Source: a virus. Taken from it: 64,000 nucleotides of DNA. The stretch spans positions 1 through 64,000 of IMG/VR virus record IMGVR_UViG_3300004369_000004; one strand, written 5' to 3'. Below are positions 58,894 to 64,000 of the stretch, one piece after another. Within the stretch, counting starts at the first letter, position 1. The number at the start of each line of letters is the position of its first letter. The notes beneath the pieces are model-generated. The model was not told where the DNA came from and did no database searches. It saw nothing but the letters and a program-made list of their open reading frames with translations. The translations under genes and the position numbers were made by a program.

Positions 58894-60831
58894 TTAAGAT
58901 TCTTTATGGTAAGTCAAGCCTCCAATAGCGACCTCAACAATATCACCTGAAGTGAAGTTAAGAGCTGTGGGACTTGTAAGGTATACAGTCATATCTGATC
59001 CACTTACATAAAGAGTAACATTTGTATTTACAGTACTGTACAACCCACCTATCTTAACATAAGCAGTTGCACTAAGCCAATGAATTCCAGTAGACTGCAA
59101 CTCTGTAGGAACATTAGCTAAGTTCAAGCCTTGTCCATGACTCCAAGTTAGATTATCTGCAATGTTAATTTGGAATACTCCATTAAGTACTACAAGATCA
59201 CCAGACAAAGTTCCATAAGGAACTGAAGGTCCTGCAAGGTTAAATCTTAGAGCATTTCCTACATTGTATTGGCTAGAACTATATCCAGAAAAACTGTATT
59301 TAGCTGGAGTAGTATCCTGAATAGCCAAGTCAATAGTAACTGCTGAAGTAGTCTCAGTTCTAGTTACAGGAATCGCACTGCCGTTTACGGTAATTGCAAA
59401 GCTCTTATTAAGCCACTCTGCAGGAGAGTTAGCAGTGTCATATACCAAGAAATCTCCATCAACTGCAGTTGAAGTATCTACGTCTCCCATATCATCGATA
59501 GAAGTAGAATTCAAACTAGCAGCACTAAATGCAATTGATGAGCTGATTCCAATAGTAGGTCCACAAGATCCTGAAGTAACTGTAAACTGAGAAGAATCAA
59601 ACTTAACATTCAAAGTAGAAAGAACTGAAACAATTCTATCCAATTGAGTTTGGAGAGTAGCAGAAGTATTTGGCCAATTCCAAGTCTGTCCTTTAAAGAC
59701 AGAGTTAGAAGGATAAGATCCTGCAAAACAACTAGCCCAAGTCAAAGAATAGCTACCTGTAGGTACACTAGCAATCTGAGTATTCAAATCTGCTACCTCA
59801 CTAATCAAAAGATTAATTGCAGCAGAAGCAGTACTTACAGAAGATCCTCCAATCGAAGAAGCATTTACCGATGTAGGAACAGTACCTGCACCTGCAATGT
59901 AAGTTTTAACGCTAGAGATAGTTGAAGTATTAGTGCTAATGCTAGAAGACAAATCTCCGTACATACCGCACATATTGGATGTAATCCAGTTTAAGTACTC
60001 ATAAATATCTGTACTCCCTGTGGGAAATCCTGTAAATGAATAAGCAATACAAGGATCAGAATCTACCCCAACAACACTAACAATACCTGCAACTCTTACA
60101 GCTTCAGATCCAAGTCCTTCAAGTGCCTCATTTAGATTATAAGGAGCTGAGGGGAATCCAGCAAGACTGACAACAGACTCTATTGTACTTATATCGTAAA
60201 GAGTATCATAGCTAGCAAGATTTGTATTAATAGCGCACAAAGCAGCAGAGGCAGACTCTACAAACTCAGACTCGCTAGTAATAGGACTACCAATTCCAGT
60301 CAAGACTCCATTCTGTCTCAAGCAAGAATAAGCAAGACTTGAGTAGTCAAGTCCTCCACCTAGTCCTGAAGTTCCTGAACAAAGAGCTTCGTGGAATTTA
60401 ACAATAATAGAATCTAAAGTAGCTCCTGTAGCAATTACAGGGTTAAGAGCAGTAACAGTTAGAGTAATATCATTTGCAGGAGAAGCTCCTCCAACGTCAG
60501 TACCTAGGATAGTAATCGTATCACCTACTGCATAAGAAGAACCTTTACTTGCGACAGTAACTGTGTATACAGTAGATCCTGCAGTCAAGTCAACTTGGAA
60601 AGTTGCATCAGCACCATCTCCACTAGTAGTTCCTGTTATACCTGTATATGATACATCAAGACCAGGCGCAACAGCTGTTCCTGCTACTGTAAAGGTACCA
60701 ATAGCACCTTCTGTACAATAAAGATTTACTCCTGAGTAGGTTATGCACTTTGCATAATTAGTCGAAATACAACCAACTGTATCACAGGGCTGTACTGTAG
60801 AGGTTCCGTAACAATCAACGCAATGACTCAT
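58894..60831 (-). CDS. tail fibre / structural protein (645 aa)
   Basis: Ser/Thr/Gly-rich, with a GSSYAVGDTITI module, IDDMGDVD...DGDFLVYD...W fibre-like repeat, and short coiled coils. Confidence 0.65.
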   Translation of the reverse strand: MSHCVDCYGTSTVQPCDTVGCISTNYAKCITYSGVNLYCTEGAIGTFTVAGTAVAPGLDVSYTGITGTTSGDGADATFQVDLTAGSTVYTVTVASKGSSYAVGDTITILGTDVGGASPANDITLTVTALNPVIATGATLDSIIVKFHEALCSGTSGLGGGLDYSSLAYSCLRQNGVLTGIGSPITSESEFVESASAALCAINTNLASYDTLYDISTIESVVSLAGFPSAPYNLNEALEGLGSEAVRVAGIVSVVGVDSDPCIAYSFTGFPTGSTDIYEYLNWITSNMCGMYGDLSSSISTNTSTISSVKTYIAGAGTVPTSVNASSIGGSSVSTASAAINLLISEVADLNTQIASVPTGSYSLTWASCFAGSYPSNSVFKGQTWNWPNTSATLQTQLDRIVSVLSTLNVKFDSSQFTVTSGSCGPTIGISSSIAFSAASLNSTSIDDMGDVDTSTAVDGDFLVYDTANSPAEWLNKSFAITVNGSAIPVTRTETTSAVTIDLAIQDTTPAKYSFSGYSSSQYNVGNALRFNLAGPSVPYGTLSGDLVVLNGVFQINIADNLTWSHGQGLNLANVPTELQSTGIHWLSATAYVKIGGLYSTVNTNVTLYVSGSDMTVYLTSPTALNFTSGDIVEVAIGGLTYHKES

Positions 60832-60842
60832 TTTAATTTATA

Positions 60843-61370
60843 TTAGGGGCAGCAAGCGCAAAGTTTAACAATAATGGCTTGGAACAACTGACGCAAAGTT
60901 TGGATAGAATCTCCAGAACAAGGATCATCCCCCAAACACTGATCAGACAACCATACTTTGAATGCTTGATCCAAAGGCAAATCCATCCAGAATACATCTC
61001 CAGAGTCAGTGCTAATATCTTTTGTCTTCAGGTAGTTCAGGCGAGATCTCAACTCACATACAACTCCAACGAGTTTTAGAACTACTTCAGCTGAGTAATA
61101 TTTTTCATCTTCTACAGTTACAGTAGAAAGGTTCATCAAGGGCTTAGTACCACAAGATGTATTAGCATTATCTAGAGTATTGCGATCAATACCTACACGA
61201 GTATCTAACTTGGTGATATTGTCATCAAAGAATTTAACTAGGTCATTTAAGAAAGGGTCACAGTAATCTGCTTTATCAAGCAAACCATCCTGCGTAGGTA
61301 CCCCTGTATACTTAACACAACCAGAGTTAAGAATCTCAGCGCAATTATTAGTTTGACAACATTTGGCCAT
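60843..61370 (-). CDS. Cys-rich structural protein (175 aa)
   Basis: CVKYTG resembles CITYSG in the downstream fibre protein. Confidence 0.6.
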   Translation of the reverse strand: MAKCCQTNNCAEILNSGCVKYTGVPTQDGLLDKADYCDPFLNDLVKFFDDNITKLDTRVGIDRNTLDNANTSCGTKPLMNLSTVTVEDEKYYSAEVVLKLVGVVCELRSRLNYLKTKDISTDSGDVFWMDLPLDQAFKVWLSDQCLGDDPCSGDSIQTLRQLFQAIIVKLCACCP

Positions 61371-61374
61371 TTTA

Positions 61375-61563
61375 TTATTGTTTTAATTTAAAGTTCAAAG
61401 TATCTAGACAATCTAGGCAGTGATTGTAACGCAAGAAGCTTACATACTTTCTAGATTTTCTATAATATGGTTTTGTCAAATACTTAATATGCTGAAGCTC
61501 TTTATAAGCAGCCTTAGCAAGTTTTTCTTTAACAGTCTTGTTCAATTCTTCTGAGTAGGTCAT
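61375..61563 (-). CDS. hypothetical protein (62 aa)
   Basis: Fills the gap and overlaps the upstream gene. Confidence 0.55.
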   Translation of the reverse strand: MTYSEELNKTVKEKLAKAAYKELQHIKYLTKPYYRKSRKYVSFLRYNHCLDCLDTLNFKLKQ

Positions 61564-62035
61564 CGGCTTTCTTATAAAGTTCGGTTGCTTTTTCAGGATT
61601 ACACAAGTCAGCGTGTGCTTCAGCTCCTCTTAGCAAGAAGTCTACTCGGTCTAAGTAGTAGAGCATCTTTTCATCGTCACAACAATCAATGTACTTAACC
61701 CACTGAGCTGCAAGTCTGCAATCAATCTTACAAGTTCTAAGATGGAATCTACTATTAGTTCCCAAATCGGGACATGTGGTTAGTACAAAATTATATACAC
61801 CATCAGGCAAATCGCCCGCATCAACTTCTGAAGTTACGAACCCAAACGAATAACCATTTAAAATATTGATTTCCCCAAGAACAAATTCAAATTCAAAGGG
61901 AGTAGTATAGCCAGGAACGTCTACTTGCAAGTTTGCACTATCAGGTGCAATAGGATAGTAAGATGTATCCTGCACAGAAATAAAGCGACAATCTTTCGCC
62001 TTATAGATTTCTAGGTTTAATTTTACGCTTGGCAT
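61529..62035 (-). CDS. conserved crAss-like structural protein (168 aa)
   Basis: DTSYY, LPDGVY and ATELYKKA motifs; synteny. Confidence 0.6.
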   Translation of the reverse strand: MPSVKLNLEIYKAKDCRFISVQDTSYYPIAPDSANLQVDVPGYTTPFEFEFVLGEINILNGYSFGFVTSEVDAGDLPDGVYNFVLTTCPDLGTNSRFHLRTCKIDCRLAAQWVKYIDCCDDEKMLYYLDRVDFLLRGAEAHADLCNPEKATELYKKADDLLRRIEQDC

Positions 62036-62042
62036 GGGGTTT

Positions 62043-62068
62043 AAAAAAGGGGAGGAGTTACCCTCCCC
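62043..62068 (-). terminator. Rho-independent terminator
   Basis: GGGGAGG/CCTCCCC stem followed by six T on the - strand. Confidence 0.85.
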
Positions 62069-62085
62069 ATTTTAATTTAACTTAG

Positions 62086-62397
62086 TTAGGGAGCAGAGGT
62101 TACAGTTTCCCAAGCAGTACCGTTGTAAAACTTAAGAGATGTAGCAGTAGAGTCGTAAACCAAAGTACCTGCTACCATTCCAGTCAAAGCTGCAATTTCA
62201 GTAGTAGTGTAGGTCTTTAGTACGATAGTAGAATCTTGAATAGTAGCACCATCCAAAACTTTGATGCAACATGTAGCGTTCTTCAGTAAGTTAATTACGA
62301 ATTTTTCTAATGAAGCACCAGGAACCTTACCAGAGTTTGTAGCTTTGGTAGAAATGGTTTCCAAATATGTACCGTTTTTTAAAATTAGATCTTTCAT
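62086..62397 (-). CDS. small structural/fibre-like protein (103 aa)
   Basis: C-terminal GTLVYDST...LKFYNGTAW fibre/chaperone-like motif. Confidence 0.65.
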   Translation of the reverse strand: MKDLILKNGTYLETISTKATNSGKVPGASLEKFVINLLKNATCCIKVLDGATIQDSTIVLKTYTTTEIAALTGMVAGTLVYDSTATSLKFYNGTAWETVTSAP

Positions 62398-62412
62398 TTG
62401 TTTTTTTATTTA

Positions 62413-62435
62413 AGGGGGGATTATTCGTCCCCCCT
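62413..62435 (-). other. intergenic GC hairpin (weak terminator or mRNA-stabilising stem)
   Basis: AGGGGGGA-ttattcg-TCCCCCCT; no good U-tract on the - strand. Confidence 0.55.
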
Positions 62436-62451
62436 ATTTAACTTACTTTAA

Positions 62452-63501
62452 TTAGAAGGACAATCCAGTAGCGTCTTCGATCAAGTTAGTAACAGCAGTA
62501 TTCAAAGCTGTGTTACTGTCGTCTACCAATACGATCACAGAGTGAGTGTTAGTAGATTTCTTTTCGAATCCTACAGGAGAGTTCTCATTGTAAACAACCT
62601 CGTACATGTTGTAGTACAAAGACTTGTCTACAAACAACAATGCGTCAGAGTCATTGTTGTAGATAGGGTTCCAGTATCTGCGAGCTTCGTGAGTAGCAGG
62701 CAAGTTGTTGCTGTAGAAGTTACGCTCCAACTCAGCCAAAGCAGCACCAGCACCGATAGTGTACTTGATGTCTTGAGAGTAAGTGATAGCCCAAGGTGCA
62801 CAAGCGCTCTCCAAATCAAAGTCCATAGTAGTAAATGGTCCTTCATGAACAGATACCTTGAAACGTACCAAGTTGAATACGTAAGGAACTGCATCAGGAA
62901 CACACTCGTTACCGAACTCGTCAAGAGCTTTACCAGTCAAGCTTACACCCCAGTCAGAACCAGATCCAACTTTAGCAGCAGTTACATACTTAGCCAACAA
63001 AGGATTGTCATTAATTTCAGCAACAACTGCATCCATGTAAGTCTCAGCATCCAATGCATCGCAGTTTCCACCGCACTCAGAACAGCAAGCAGTCTTGATA
63101 CGAATTGACTCCTGGATCATAGGCTGGAAAATGCCTTTAGTCCAGTACTCGTCAATCTTAATAGTAACTATGTACTCTTCATCACAAGCAAAGGTAGGAG
63201 TAGCGGTAGAAACACCGTCATAACCCAAGTGAGTGATTTGTTGTTGAGGAGCCTTGTTAGCAGGAACAGTCTTGCGGATGTACAATACATTAGCAGGATC
63301 GATTGTGCTAGTCTTGAAAGAACCAAACTTGGTGCTTCCACTACCAATAACCAATTTAAAAGCGCCAGTCGCAGGAGTAGCACCTTTGTTAGTAGACAAT
63401 GCGGGATCAAATACAGCGATTTCACCAGCAGTTAGAGCATCAGTGGTTGCAGAAGCATCTGCAGCACTGGGAACAAAAATTTGTGTGATTTTGTGGTCCA
63501 T
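62452..63501 (-). CDS. abundant crAss-like virion structural protein (349 aa; auxiliary capsid-type)
   Basis: Strong codon bias suggesting high expression, flanking hairpins, and position in the capsid-tail block. Confidence 0.6.
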   Translation of the reverse strand: MDHKITQIFVPSAADASATTDALTAGEIAVFDPALSTNKGATPATGAFKLVIGSGSTKFGSFKTSTIDPANVLYIRKTVPANKAPQQQITHLGYDGVSTATPTFACDEEYIVTIKIDEYWTKGIFQPMIQESIRIKTACCSECGGNCDALDAETYMDAVVAEINDNPLLAKYVTAAKVGSGSDWGVSLTGKALDEFGNECVPDAVPYVFNLVRFKVSVHEGPFTTMDFDLESACAPWAITYSQDIKYTIGAGAALAELERNFYSNNLPATHEARRYWNPIYNNDSDALLFVDKSLYYNMYEVVYNENSPVGFEKKSTNTHSVIVLVDDSNTALNTAVTNLIEDATGLSF

Positions 63502-63514
63502 GATTTTTTATATT

Positions 63515-64000
63515 TTATTCTGAATCTTTAGTTAAACGATTATCGGCAAAGGCTGCTTGTATCTGATTATCATTAGATTGAGCTGCGAATTTGACGGCTA
63601 GGTCAACTACATCTCCCTTAGCGTAGTAAGGAAGTTCACAGTTAACATTAGTAGAGTCTGTGTCATCAATCTTTTTATATCCTTGAATATCAATTTGATT
63701 CGGATATCTTAGATAAGTTAAAAACACAGAATCTAAACTAAACTCGTCACTAGTGTATACGTACAACTTATTATCGCCTAATGTTGCTAGTGCACTTCTC
63801 CATGCGAAGGAAGGACTAAAGTTGGCATCATAGTACATAGTTTCAAGCTCACCTTGCTTTATGAGGTCTATCGAAATTGTTTCTTTGCATTTTGATTTCT
63901 TTGCAATACAATAAGAAGACACATAAAACATATAATTCTCAGCGTCAGTCAAAGGACATTCAAATCCAATAAACCTTGCATCGTTTGTTTTTTGTGGCCG
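63515..64000 (-). CDS. crAss-like ring/structural protein, 5'-truncated by the window edge
   Basis: Frame stays open to 64000 (RPQKTNDARFIGFECPLTDAENY...); YLRYP...CELP...VVDLAV motif. Confidence 0.65.
   Translation of the reverse strand, partial: RPQKTNDARFIGFECPLTDAENYMFYVSSYCIAKKSKCKETISIDLIKQGELETMYYDANFSPSFAWRSALATLGDNKLYVYTSDEFSLDSVFLTYLRYPNQIDIQGYKKIDDTDSTNVNCELPYYAKGDVVDLAVKFAAQSNDNQIQAAFADNRLTKDSE

Noticed and set aside
62542-63108. 188-aa + strand ORF and the many other antisense or alternate-frame ORFs in the track (e.g. 2298-2723, 36932-37252, 45646-46023)
   Set aside because: They are shadow ORFs lying wholly within well-supported genes and have no motifs; codon bias explains them.
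1-64000. Stop-codon reassignment (TAG or TGA), common in some crAss-like phages
   Set aside because: Genes up to 8.5 kb are intact and densely packed under the standard code, and TAG and TGA both serve as real stops.
1-64000. tRNA genes, integrase, major capsid protein, terminase and portal
   Set aside because: None recognised. Intergenic gaps are short, and the head genes probably lie beyond position 64000.

Overview
The window is part of a lytic crAss-like (Crassvirales-type) phage genome. The host is very likely a Bacteroidota/Flavobacteria member, judged from TTG-N19-TAnnTTTG promoters and A-rich starts lacking Shine-Dalgarno sites. The + strand (1-16804) carries short repeat-delimited ORFs, a vWA/metallopeptidase plus MoxR-like ATPase pair, and a replication, recombination and nucleotide-metabolism block. 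That block includes DnaB, an AAA_24 ATPase, SSB, primase, a DnaA domain IV protein, UDG, NinG-like, PolA, NinB-like, DUF5664, a RecE-like exonuclease and dCMP deaminase. A bidirectional terminator at about 16840 separates it from the - strand late block. The late block holds lysis genes, three giant virion proteins (including a DFDID-type virion RNA polymerase), cargo and basic proteins, a ferritin-like protein, the muzzle/tail-stabilisation protein, ring proteins and other structural genes. The standard genetic code fits, and I saw no tRNA, CRISPR array, intron or intein. Four observations stand out. (1) The three giant virion proteins (about 6950 aa in total) appear to contain only four cysteines, all at facing termini, which suggests a head-to-tail linked ejection chain. 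(2) A recurring [MYFA]xxG[GAM] motif divides the cargo proteins into modules (zincin, GNAT-like, basic). (3) A roughly 21-bp DNA repeat sits at early-gene junctions and resembles a gene-cassette array. (4) A NADAR-like domain appears fused to the virion RNAP. All family assignments come from motif recognition by eye; no searches were run.
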